From the NCBI GenBank assembly GCA_051942165.1, contig JAVECS010000022.1:1-40526 (forward strand): 40,526 nucleotides of DNA, in the 5' to 3' direction. Below the pieces are notes generated by a model, which did not search any database, had not been told where the DNA came from, and saw only the letters and a list, made by a program, of their open reading frames with translations. Position numbers and translations under genes: made by a program. Source of the DNA: Circinaria calcarea. Its lineage: Eukaryota. Of this stretch, positions 11,393-22,919 are shown one piece after another. Every line of letters starts with the position of its first letter. Position 1 is the stretch's first letter.

Positions 11393-14300
11393 ATGTCGCT
11401 CCCCCGGCCGGATAGGCATAGGAGCGCCTCTCGCCTTTCAAGGTTCCTCCATCAATCGCAGTCGCCTACTCTGGACGATTCTGGCGACCATGGCGAGCTT
11501 TCTGGGACACCTTCGACCCAGGTGGAGATCCGCTCATATGCGGGTCTCCGGCCTCGTGCTGAGTCTTCCCACCTGGCCGGCTCCTTTTCTTCCTCGTCCA
11601 ATCAGAAAACCCCCGCCAGGTCTTACTTTCAGCGTCCCTTCCTGCCGTCGCCTGGTAGGCACCGTCCTTGCTTAAATCGCAGCAGTTGGCTAACCCATGC
11701 CCAGGCCCAGCGGATACTTCACAGCATGCCTCCCAAACCATTCGTGAGGACACTGCCGAGCTAGCCTCATGGGCATTGTCAGATGCCGCCTCAGTCCGCA
11801 GTGGGACCCCTCCGCGTTGCTACAATACCTCTGCGTTGAACAATACCCTAAATAACCGGGACACGGACTTGGACATCCCGTCGGACCAGGATCTTCCTAC
11901 CATCGACACCGTCAGCCTAGATCGCCCTGATGTTATACAGGAGGTTTCGGAGCCGGTATCGCCAGAAAGCAAACCTTCATCGCGCAAATCGCCAAGCACA
12001 TCCATCCTTACTGAGCTATTCAGGAATGCAACCCCAGCAGAAGAAGAAATTACTGATGAAGAGGATCTTCATAGTACACCGGACGACGCGGATGTTCAAA
12101 CCGTGACTGTGCGGAATGGAATCCTTTCTCAACCGCATGAAAGGACGTCTCTGCTTAATGGCAAGACGTGCTTGGACTCAAGTGATTTGAGCCCGTATAG
12201 ACTGCATCGTGACATCGAAAGTTTAGAGGGTATTCGTCCGGGATTGATGACTACATTTCGTTATTCAATCTCCCGACCCAATGAATATGCGGTGACCCTT
12301 GGGCGAAGGGTCATGAGTCCGAAAACATGGGGCTTGAAGGCAGTGTGGAGGATGGGAATAATCAAGCCTGCTGGTTATATCCCTGCTGTGATACTGGGTT
12401 TGCTTTTGAACATTCTCGATGCACTCTCGTATGGTAAAGCGGCCGACTCCAAAGGTGACTGATGCTTGCTTACTGTTCAACGAAACAGGTATGATTCTAT
12501 TTCCTCTCGGTCAGCCAATATTTGCCAGCCTCGGCCCTGACGGTATCTCAATGTTCTATGTAAGCTGTATAGTGTCGCAGCTCACCTATTCCCTCGGGGG
12601 GAGTATTTTCAAGGGGGGCGTTGGCTCCGAGATGGTATGTAATCTACAAGAGTGCTAATCTACTTGGTACCTAACCATTCCAGATCGAGGTTGTTCCCTT
12701 CTTTCACAAAATGGCTTTCACTATTCTCGCACGAGTCGGGGAGGACAAGCCAGACTCTGTCCGTGCGACAACGATATTAGCATACTCCGCTAGCTCCGTA
12801 CTTACTGGAGCTGTCTTTTATCTGATGGGTAGATGTAGGTTGGGCTCACTCATCGGGTTTTTTCCCCGTCACATATTAATTGGCTGTATCGGAGGTGTTG
12901 GGTGGTTCCTCTTTGCGACAGGAGTGGAGGTCTCGGCACGTCTCGAGGGTAACCTGGAGTACAGCCTAACGACCATGCAAAAGCTCATTCGACATGACAC
13001 AGTTTTCCTGTGGACGGTACCTCTGGTACTAGCTATCATGCTGGTCACTCTAAAGCACTGGGTAAAGCATCCATTAACTGATGCCGGATATTTTATCTCG
13101 ATTATTGTACTCTTCTACTTCTTTGTCGCCGCATTACCGAACCTATCATTTGATACTCTACGAGCTCAAGGCTGGGTTTTTGATGCTCCTGAATCTGGAG
13201 TACCGTTCTATCATTTCTATACCTTATATGGCAAGTTCTATAGCAGAGCACTTTGGGGACATATCCTTACTAACCTATTCTAGACTTTGGCGATGTGGAT
13301 TGGGGGGCTCTTGGGACTACAATTCCTGCTATGCTGGCGTTGACCTTTTTTGGAATTTTACATGTTCCAATAAACATCCCAGCTTTAGGCTTAAGTACAG
13401 GGGAGGATAATGTCGACGTAGATCGAGAGCTTAGGGGTCATGGATTGTCGAACGCTTTATCTGGGCTGTGTGGGAGCATTCAGGTATGTTAAGAGGATGG
13501 CAAGCTTGTCTAGGATGCATGCTGATCGTGACAGAATTATCTTGTATATACTAATACTGTCCTATTCATTCGCAGTGGGGGCGACAGTAGGGTAGCGGGT
13601 TGCCTTCTGGCACTTGGTACTTTTGGTATTCTCGTTGTCGGGGCACGGATTATTGGATTCATTCCGATTACGGTCGTAGCCACCCTCATCTACTTCCTTG
13701 CCATTGATCTCTTGACCGAAGCGCTTGTACATACCTGGGGTCGACTTCATCGACTGGAGTACCTGACTGTACGTTGAAATCTGTATCGTTGGACCATCCG
13801 TGTTCTTGTCTAACGAGCCGCAGATTGTAATAATCGTCGTCACCATGGGCGCGTGGGACTTTGTGATCGGCATATTCGTCGGTATTGTACTCGCCTGCGT
13901 TAACCTCGTCCTCCAGACATCTCGGATATCGGCCATTAGAGGGACTTTGCCTGGCGGCATTGCGAGCTCCACAGTTCGAAGGCATCCTGTCCAGCACCGT
14001 TTCCTTCAAGAGGTGGGGCGACAGATACACGTTATGAAACTTGCGGGATACTTGTTCTTTGGTACTATTGTCGGTGTCGAAAGCCGTGTTCGGACCCTGT
14101 TGCTGAATGAAGCTTTTGAACCAGAGCCATTCCAATTCCTTGTTTTGGATTTATCAAAGGTTGATGGTGTTGACTTCTCGGCAGCAGAAGCCTTTGCCCG
14201 TATTAATAGGATCTTGTCTAAAAGGAACGTTATAATGATCATGTGTGGCATCACTCCTGGAAGTGAGGTGGGCAGGAGCCTTGACAATGTGGGACTTTCG

Positions 14301-15136
14301 AATAAGGAAAACGGTATAGAGTTCTTCGAAGATCTTAACTCAGCCCTCGAGTATTGTGAAAATGAACTCCTCAAGGCTTTCTACCGGAGTAGAGATGCGT
14401 TGACAGAAGGAACACTTTCCAAATATCTAGGTATGCAATACAGGCACCAGTTCAGAAACACCAGCCGCAACCAAGACTGATGTTTTATTAGCCGTTCCTG
14501 AAAGGAACACGTCGCTATTCTCCAGCGAGACTATGTTTAGCTCCCCACGCCGGAATCAGTTGGAAGCGGTCGCCGCAGTCGCTTTGAAGGAGCATCATGA
14601 CTCCGTGCCCCACACTAAGTGGCAGGAGTACTCACAGCCTTTACAACTGGTTTTACAGACATTTTCCAACGTTTCTGATAAAAACGAGGAGTTCTGGTCC
14701 CGTGCGGCTTCTTTTTTTGAGCGCAAATACTTTGCTACCGGGACTGTCCTGTACAGCCGTGGAGAACGACCGGACGGCTTCTATCTACTTGAGTCTGGAA
14801 TCCTAAAGGCAGAATACGCATTGCCTCAGGGGAAATTTTCCGAGCTCATTCTGGCCGGTACTACCTGCGGCGAGTTACCGTTCTTTTCAGGTACATGCCG
14901 GACGTCCACCACGTCTGCCGAGAGAGAGTGCACCACGTGGATGCTGAACGAGGAGAGGTGGGAAACTCTGCAGCGAACTCAACCCGACATCGCTCAGGAA
15001 CTTCTCAAAATCGGGCTCAAGCTCACAACAGAACGCATGGATGCCATAACCAAGTGAGTGCCTCCTCTGTGGACAAGACATCCCATTGACGCGTTGCTGA
15101 TTCGGCTGTAGATACATGTTGCTTACAAGCGGTTAA
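11393..15136 (+). CDS. SulP/SLC26-family transporter with STAS and cyclic-nucleotide-binding domains (Vsb1/Ygr125w-like), multi-exon
   Basis: [56 protein letters not shown] and [10 protein letters not shown] transmembrane motifs; STAS region [27 protein letters not shown]; cNMP domain [19 protein letters not shown]; last exon KYMLLTSG*. Confidence 0.9.
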
Positions 15137-16665
15137 GCTGGACGCTTCGGACATGCCCAGGGTCGGGGAGGCGGCAAACAGTATAGCGCGGGCGTTTGGA
15201 GGTTGGAAAGGGCAGGGAACACGTTGAATGTCAGCTGACTCCTTGGGCAATGCGACGGATACCCCGGAGCTAATGGGCCTTTTGGCCAGCATGTGATGGG
15301 ATGCGAAGCACGTAAAGTGTTTAGGAAACGGATGATGGTAGCGAAGGTGCGTGGGAAAAGGAAGGAGCGGTATTGCCTCCAAGTAACATACTGCGAGTTT
15401 TTACACCGTAGAAGCCAATCTCGAAAATGGACCTACCCTTTTATAGTTGTCGATGGCCTCTTTGCGTCGCACGACGGCTCACTTCTGTACTAAACAATAC
15501 TGTCATGCTTGTCTCGTATCTGGGGCCTCCGTTGCTACTGTCATCTTTCGTTGTCTGCGGCCAGTGGCAGGGGGGGGGGGAGAGGATGGTGCTCGATTGC
15601 AGCTGACCTGTCGGCAATTGTAACGGCGCGATCCCACTCCGTATTTTACCCACTTCCTGATGTGTTCGCGAGGCCCAACGACTGTAGGGTATCAAGCGCA
15701 AAGGTGGCAGTCATATAGCCGGAAACCTGACGGATATCGCAGGTCCCTACCTGTGCTGCTGCCACCGAGGATGAGTCCGTGGACGGAGGCAGATCGGTAG
15801 TCTCGGTCGTTGCAAGAAATTCTGCCAGTGGCATGTCTGCCCCACCGTTGCCTTGCCACCGACATTTGACGGTAATTAATTGCCGAGGGGTCGACCAGGT
15901 ATCTTCCTGGAGATTCTCGTGATCTGTGGGAGCGGAGATGGGGGGTGGGTTCATTCTTTGACAGTCTTGTGACCGCTACTGCACGCTATCATCCGAGCTG
16001 TAACTGCTCGATTATTGGAAGACATTCGGGACGATAGCACCCATGGCCTCAGATCTTAAGTAGACTAATCTCCCTGTGTTTTGTCACTCCATACTGGGGA
16101 CTTTGCGCTGCGACCGTGTCACCTCTCTCCCGCTGCATATCCACAACGTTCTCAATTTCCCCCCCCCCCAGCGACTTCTCGGATTCCAATTGACCATTCT
16201 GCATCTGATTGCTGCTACGGAGCGGACGAGGAAAGACCTCCAGTCAGGCAAGGTAGTTGGTAGTTGGTAATTGGTAATTTGCAAATGGACTCCACTCCAC
16301 TCTCTCTCTCCTACAGAGTAGCTGCAGTAGTAATCAGTAATCCCCTGCCCTCGGCCTTTCCGAAATTAACCGTCAATTTTAAGTCAAATAAGGTAACCGC
16401 CTGCCAAATAACCCCTGCCCCTGTTCGCTTGGCGCCCTTCCTGCTACCGACTTTACCTTAGCTATTTCCTCGTCCTGCACACTCGACCATCCTCCAACAT
16501 TTCCTCTGAACCATCGTCTGGATTTTCACCTCTTCTACAAAGTCTGCCTTTATCGCTATCGTCTCACGGCATCTCTGACCCTGCAACGTCAGAGGTGGTT
16601 TCTTTGACAAGGAAGCTTTGACGCGTAGCCCGCCTTTGTTGAACAAGACTGAACTGATTGTCGAA

Positions 16666-19013
16666 ATGTCAGAAGCTCACCAACCGATAACCATGGCGAC
16701 TCATACGCCCGATCCTGCAGCCATACTACCCACGACGACCGCTCCTGAAGCATCTACGGACCCCATCAGACCTACCGGAACCGATGCACTGATGGCAGAC
16801 AGTCGTCCGGAGGTTGCAGCGGCGACTGAAAACACCGAAATCACCCCGGGTGCAGGGCTAGGAGATGTTGCGGCCAAGGACGAAGACGGCGCTGTCTTGG
16901 GCTACAAGGCCCCGGGCCTAGTGAAGTAAGCAGTGCCGACCTTCGAGGCCATGTGCGTCTTTGAGTACATGATTTGACAGTTGTTTTCAGGAGTCTCCGT
17001 TTTGCCAAAAAGTTCTTCTGGTTTAGCGATGAGGCTGTTGAACCGCACATGCTGTCTGACTACCTCAAGAGTGAAAAACCGGAGGTGGGGAAACACAACG
17101 TCGCTCATGCAGGTCAAACTGGCAAGGGGCTTTTGTTCTTCGCCAAGCGCATCGAAGACAAGTCTCATCCTGCTGGTATCTTGAATCTGGTAAGTTTGAT
17201 GTTCATCAGAAGGAGAGCTAGAACTCTGGGGCTTTTCTAACGAGACATCCACCTGGCAGGGCGACGCATCCGATTTCGGCAAGGATCCGGGTAGTAATGA
17301 ATTCTACTTCAAGCTTCATGGCCAGAAACATACCTTCCAAGCTGCAACTTTGACCCAGCGTGATAGTTGGTTAGTAGTGGTAGAATCTAAGGCCGCTGAA
17401 GCCAAGTCTAGCCGCGACGGAATTATAGGAAGTGAGGGTTACAAGAAACACATGACTTCATTAGGTAAGCTACAATTTCTTAATGCGCGACTATGGGCAA
17501 TGAATCGAGGCTTATTCGGGCTGTAGGAGTTCCAGCTGTCATAGCGTCTAATGCTCCTATTGCCGCCAAATCAGCCGCGACGCCGAAAAAAAGCACCGAG
17601 GACAAGCTCCATGACAACCCTGGAGAGAGTGATGCCCTTGCCACCGGTTCCTTGCCTGACCCCGCTATCAACAAGCACATCGAGAAGAGTCGATCGCAAT
17701 CTCGCAAACGTCAAAGCATTTTTGGAAAAGTGCTAGGAAAAAAGGAAGAGCACGACGAAAAGAAGGAAGTCAAGAAGGAAGAAAAGGCGGAGCAAAAGGA
17801 AATGAAGAAAGAAGAAAAGGTAGGAGAGGGAGAGGAGAAAGCCGAACTCAATGAAGAAAAGAAAGAAGCTAAGCATGGCCATCATGCTGGCATTGTTGAG
17901 CCTGCATCTTTCGATGCTGCTGCCGTCGGTTAGTGATCATCCTCAAACCAAGAGACGCGGATTGCTCATTTCGTATCATATAGCTGCTCGAGTCATTAGC
18001 GAACCTGTCGTTCCCAACGAAGAAGCCAAGGATTCTAGCACGAGTAACGCAGTTCAACCAGTTATTCCAGCAGAACCGGCTGCAATGGACACGAGTGTAG
18101 GACAGCCAAGCACTATGCGTGAAACAGCACCTAGGCCAGCTAAGCGTAGCTCTATGTTCGGAAGCTTCTTCAACAAGAGGGATAATGCAAGTCCGACACG
18201 GGAGCGGAAAGAGAAGGATATCGCACCAGCTGTTCCGAGCAAAGACGTTGAGCCTACACCTGTATCGGCCACTGCACCTCAACTGGAAGATCCCACGAGT
18301 ACTTCATTATCCCAACCAGCGGAACCTGCCGCTCCAGCTTCGACCACGATTCCCAGTGTGACCACTCCATCCTCCGAGTCCAAGGGCGGAATCTTTGGAT
18401 TCATGAGGCAGAAGGAGGCCCAACATCAAGTCAGTAACCCACCTATGTCTTGTTTGTATGGAAATGGCTAATCAAAGTCTAGGATAAGAAGGAAATCAAA
18501 GCCGAAGAGAGAGGCGAAGAAAAGGTGGAAAAGAACGGGGAGGTTCCCGCAATGGCTATAGGTACTCCAGGCATTCCTGGAAGTGAAGCGCCAGTTCCTT
18601 CAACCACAACTGACGTTACTGCTACACCAACCCCTGAAGCTACGAAGGAGAAGCGCCGCCAGTCATTCTTTAATACCATATCAGGGAAGAAAGAGCGAAG
18701 GACAGATGCCACCTCCGACGCTGAAGGAACCGACGGTGAAGGCAGAAAGACTTCAGGAAATAAGCTGGGAGGTCTATTCCGTAAAGCCAGCCGATCTACC
18801 AAAGGACCGTCTGCTCCGATGACCGAATCATCCCCGCTGTCAGGACCAATCAGCGAGGATACCGCGGCCACTATGGAGGCGCGGCCAACAACCAAGGCCA
18901 CTGCTGAGCCCTCGAGCGAGGGAATCGTGCCAACATCGATGAACGGGAAAGCGAGCGAGCCGGGTATGTCTGAGGGCATTCCACAGCAAACACCTGTCCC
19001 CACTTCCGCTTAA
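16666..19013 (+). CDS. PH-domain protein (Meu6-like PH_6 family) with long low-complexity, charged tail; about 5 introns
   Basis: GAVLGYKAPGLVK/SLRFAKKFFWFSDEAVE..NVAHAGQTGKGLLFFAKR..PAGILNL/..EFYFKLHGQKHTFQAATLTQRDSW, plus repeated KRxSxF motifs (RKRQSIFG, KRSSMFG, KRRQSFF). Confidence 0.8.
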
Positions 19014-19507
19014 GAGCCGATAGACCGGCGAGCTCGGTTCAGCTTACTGGCCGTATCCACATACTGGCGTTCGATGCACGAGAAGACAAAGGAGAGCGTT
19101 GTTGGTGAGCTGTTGAGACTATGGACGCTTATTAGACTGATTGATACCGCCGTCTTTCCTTCGTCTTGCGCAATACCCCTCTTACTAGGATATGTCCTGT
19201 TTACTGCCTATTCTGTTCTGCTGTCAACCGATACCCCGATACCCTGTGCTTCTTCTCTTATCGGAGAGAGGCACCCGGCCACTAGGGCACACACCCAATG
19301 CAATAATAACTAATAGAAGTCTGTTACGGTTGTCAAATTTTCTGGCTGCCGTTCGTTGACCACGTGCGTCATCGCTGATGTTTTTATTATGCATTATTCT
19401 TAGATGGTGATGCAACGTTGGCCTGCACAGACAAGGCAGAACAGCGTGACCCCAGGGACCTTTGGTTAGGTAATAATCACGTTCCGCCCGTGCCGAAAAC
19501 GCCCGTG

Positions 19508-19514
19508 TGACTCA
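19508..19514 (+). promoter_or_regulatory. Gcn4/CpcA recognition element (TGACTCA)
   Basis: Perfect TGACTCA in the intergenic region upstream of cpcA. Confidence 0.55.
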
Positions 19515-20094
19515 CCGAAATCCCTAATCGTCAGCCAACCGCTTTCCTCAGCCGATACGACAGACTCGGGGCTTTGCCATTCGTCATACCCGGATGGGGG
19601 CTGCGTCGCTTTCTCTCCAATCCGCCAGGCGTGTTGGACTCCCCGCCATTGAAGCGGCTGCTTAGGGAAGATTTCACTTTGCAACTGTCCATTACATTAC
19701 CTTTTGAGGACGACAAGATGCAGCGCAAAAGGCGGTCAACCGGATCATTCGCGCCTAATTTCCCCGGCTGAACTGCTCGAAGATTTAGTGGGGGGGGTTT
19801 TTCTCGGTTAAGCCGACCGGTACGACGACCCTCCCAGAACTGGGCCCCTCTTCACTCACTTCACCTGTGCTACCGACCGTAAACTTTCCAACAGACGTAG
19901 GCCACCTTCCCCAAAGAGCCCAAACCAACCCGATGATTAATAATGCGCTGGAACATGACAGGGGCTTCGTGGCCTGATTCGTCGGCCTCGTTTTCAGGCA
20001 AAGCCCCTCTTGGATCCTTCGCGGGGCATCCTCCCTCCTCTGTACTGTGCCGCCCTAAAAGAGTGGAGCCCCCAAGCACTAATTCTTACAGGAA

Positions 20095-20101
20095 TGAGTC
20101 A
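20095..20101 (+). promoter_or_regulatory. Gcn4/CpcA recognition element (ATGAGTCA)
   Basis: Perfect TGAGTCA preceded by A, about 360 bp upstream of uORF1. Confidence 0.65.
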
Positions 20102-20459
20102 ACGCTTGCCACGTCGGGCATGATGCATACGCGGTATGAAATCGGTACTGAGCTCTAGCGTGGGAAGGCATATCCGTCACAAACGTCTTGTCTCACGATT
20201 GGTCTCCTACCTTGCGCGGGTGTAGACAGCAACGTATACTACCTCTGCTGACGCTTGGCAAGCACAAGGGCTTGCTTACGTACAAGTAATGTTACCGCCG
20301 AAATGCGGCGCTAACGGTAAGGAAATCAGTTCCGGCAGGCGCGCCCTTCCCCCCCAAGAACTTAAGCTTCCTTTCTGCCTGATTGTCTTCCTCTCTCCTT
20401 CACCTCACCAATTCATCGCACACAACCAAACAAGTATCATAGAAGTCATCCATCGAAAA

Positions 20460-20474
20460 ATGGATGCCTTCTAG
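20460..20474 (+). promoter_or_regulatory. cpcA uORF1 (MDAF*)
   Basis: AAAAATGG strong initiation context, 4 codons then TAG; first AUG of the presumed leader. Confidence 0.85.
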
Positions 20475-20697
20475 ATCGTCCTTATTCCACAGCGCAAGCA
20501 TCTCGTCCAGCAGACAAAATAGATACCCACTTCACACTCACCAACTTCACTCCGTCACCACCTCGTCGACTGTCAGAGATTCCCCACGGACCCCTGAATC
20601 ACAGCTCCGCTTCACGCAGCCACAGCTCCGGTTCTAACTTCACAGCAACCATTTCACCACACAACTACCCGTCCTTCATCACGGATAATCAGCAGAT

Positions 20698-20862
20698 ATG
20701 GCTTACCCAACCCCCGTCTCCCCGTCCTACGACGCAGCACACATCACAGAATTTCAGTCAAACCCCGCACGCGGACTTTGTACTCTTCCCATCGGCTTCT
20801 CCCGCCCGACCGACTCGACAACCGACCGAGCTTGTGCGGGCGACGTTGTGTACGACCCCTAG
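20698..20862 (+). promoter_or_regulatory. cpcA uORF2 (54 aa, MAYPTPVSPSYDAAHITEFQSNPARGLCTLPIGFSRPTDSTTDRACAGDVVYDP*)
   Basis: GATATGG context, out of frame with the main ORF. No further AUG occurs between it and the main AUG at 21206. Confidence 0.85.
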
Positions 20863-21205
20863 TGACTTCCCTACGTCGGCCCCACAAGGTCAACTGCCTC
20901 AACAGCAGCAACAGCAACATCGACGTAACACTGCTCAACAATACCATCATTCTGTGTCTCCCTTTCAGAATCCTCGAGTAAGGAACAGCATTCAGGGGCC
21001 TGCGCCCAACGTATCACCTAGCACGTCTTCTCAGCGGTTTAATTCTTCCGGTCAACTCAAGCACAGCACACTTTACGCATCCTCGGCTCCTTCATCCACC
21101 TTTGCCCTTTCCAGTCCACGATCGTCGTATACCCGTCCTCCAGTCCCACTCTTTTCACATAATAGTACCGGGAACGTACGTCAGGCTTCGCACAACGTGT
21201 CTACA

Positions 21206-21979
21206 ATGGATTCCCCACGTGGTAATTCCCTGTCACCCATATCATGCACGTTGTGCTGTGAGCTGATGCGTGAACCAATAGACGTGACCCATGACGCCTT
21301 CGACTTCGATTCACACGATTGTTTCCCAGCGGATGACTCTTCTCCTGATTATCCTCTGTTTGACACCCATGAATCCGGACTCGTTTATGGGTCATCAATG
21401 TTCGAGACTGTCAATGCGTCTGCGCCAGTGCCGGCATCCATTAATCCTCAGACAGTGTCTCCAAATGATATCTTCATGGATCCCCCGTCTACAGCCACTA
21501 CATATCTCTCAACACCGGGAACTTTTTCAATAGAGTCACCTTTTGTCGCCTGCAGCTCGGACACTTCTCCGATGTTCGCGGATGATCTCCTCGACGAGGG
21601 TGCCGACACATGGGGCCCACTTTTCCCTACAGAGAGCACCGTGCACCAGAGCGTGGAAGCTGTCGCGCCCTCGATGTCTCGCAATCATTCCTCGCCCGGA
21701 CAAACATCTTCGAGGGGCTCACACCAAGGTCGCTACTCTTCCATCTCAGGCGTTAACGCGAAGAAGAGGGATAAGCCATTGCCGCCGATTACAATCGAGG
21801 ATCCATCAGACGTCGTCGCTGTAAAACGTGCTCGGAATACCGCAGCAGCTCGTAAATCCCGACAGAAAAAAATGGAGAGAGTCGAAGAACTGGAGGCCAG
21901 AATCCTGCAACTAGAGATGGAACGTGACCACTGGAAAGACATGTTCCTCCGGGGATCCAACGGTCAAATCAAAGCATAA
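21206..21979 (+). CDS. cpcA: Cross-pathway control bZIP transcription factor (Gcn4/Cpc-1/CpcA), about 237 aa; intron 21222-21281
   Basis: TVSPNDIFMD..PPSTATTYLSTP, SPMF, WGPLFP, KPLPPITIEDPSDVVAVKRARNTAAARKSRQKK..LEMERDHWK; uORF-bearing leader. Confidence 0.95.
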   Translation: MDSPRGNSLSPISCTLCCELMREPIDVTHDAFDFDSHDCFPADDSSPDYPLFDTHESGLVYGSSMFETVNASAPVPASINPQTVSPNDIFMDPPSTATTYLSTPGTFSIESPFVACSSDTSPMFADDLLDEGADTWGPLFPTESTVHQSVEAVAPSMSRNHSSPGQTSSRGSHQGRYSSISGVNAKKRDKPLPPITIEDPSDVVAVKRARNTAAARKSRQKKMERVEELEARILQLEMERDHWKDMFLRGSNGQIKA

Positions 21980-22919
21980 GTGGAAGGGGTCTGAAGCGTG
22001 CTTGCGAATCTGTGTACCAATCATGTGCGTTCTATGGGGGTTGGGTCTTACACCGTCTGGACTTAGATTCGAGTCTACTTCGATACTCTTGTATTGTTTC
22101 CGACCGATGGCAGGTTTACAAAAGTATTTTATGTGTTATTTCCTTATTTCCTTATATCTTTCTGTACCTGCGAGCGTTGTTTTATCCTGCGTGCGGGACG
22201 CGAAACTCAGTGAGTTGGACGTTTGCCAGATGCGCATGTTATGATAATGAGCGATGGATTTCTCAAGATGGCCGGTTCTGACGTCTCCCCAGCTATAGGG
22301 ATCGACTCGTGGCTTTTGGTATTCTAGTTAGTGTGCTTGCTTGCGTTCGCGGTTCTGTCGTATATCTTCAAGGTCTTATTGAATAAAAAGTGTTTTGATA
22401 AAGGCACTGAAGATTAGGTGACAAATGACGCGCATGACTTGATGTGTCGGCCACTCACCCTCACTAACCGTAGGCGGGACACGTCTGCAATACGCTCAAG
22501 GTTCCGATCCTTGATTGCTGCCTGATCATCCTGCTTTTCCGCGACTTCCCGGAGACACTCATGAGTTGGTCTGCGTCGTCATTGCCGCCGCTTTCCTGTG
22601 TTGTTGCTAGTGCGGTATCGATGCGCTTCTTTGGGACTTCGCGCTTGATTTCGCCTTTACCTCGCTGTTCCTCAACATGACCCTAACTTGAGATGGCGGT
22701 GCCGATAATATATGGTGTCTAGGATCAGGGGGGGAACAATAGGAGTAATTTGAAACTATGCTTTCTCCATCGTGTAATGACGCCCTTGCATGCAGGACAA
22801 GACACACCATGCTGCGCCAGCGTTCTACAACGAGTACACATCGTCCCAACGATGCACGTGAAACCTGCCTTCCATACATTTATGATACAGAGCTGATACC
22901 AGCTGCTCATCTCACCCGC

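Noticed and set aside
15569..16280. Poly-G and poly-C runs and GGTAGTT/GGTAATT short repeats upstream of the PH gene
   Set aside because: Ordinary low-complexity promoter sequence with no element structure.
20834..21979. ORF-track start at GTG 20834 as the cpcA start
   Set aside because: It is only the first GTG/TTG in a frame open since 20366 and lies inside uORF2. The canonical AUG is 21206, and better near-cognate candidates lie upstream of uORF2.
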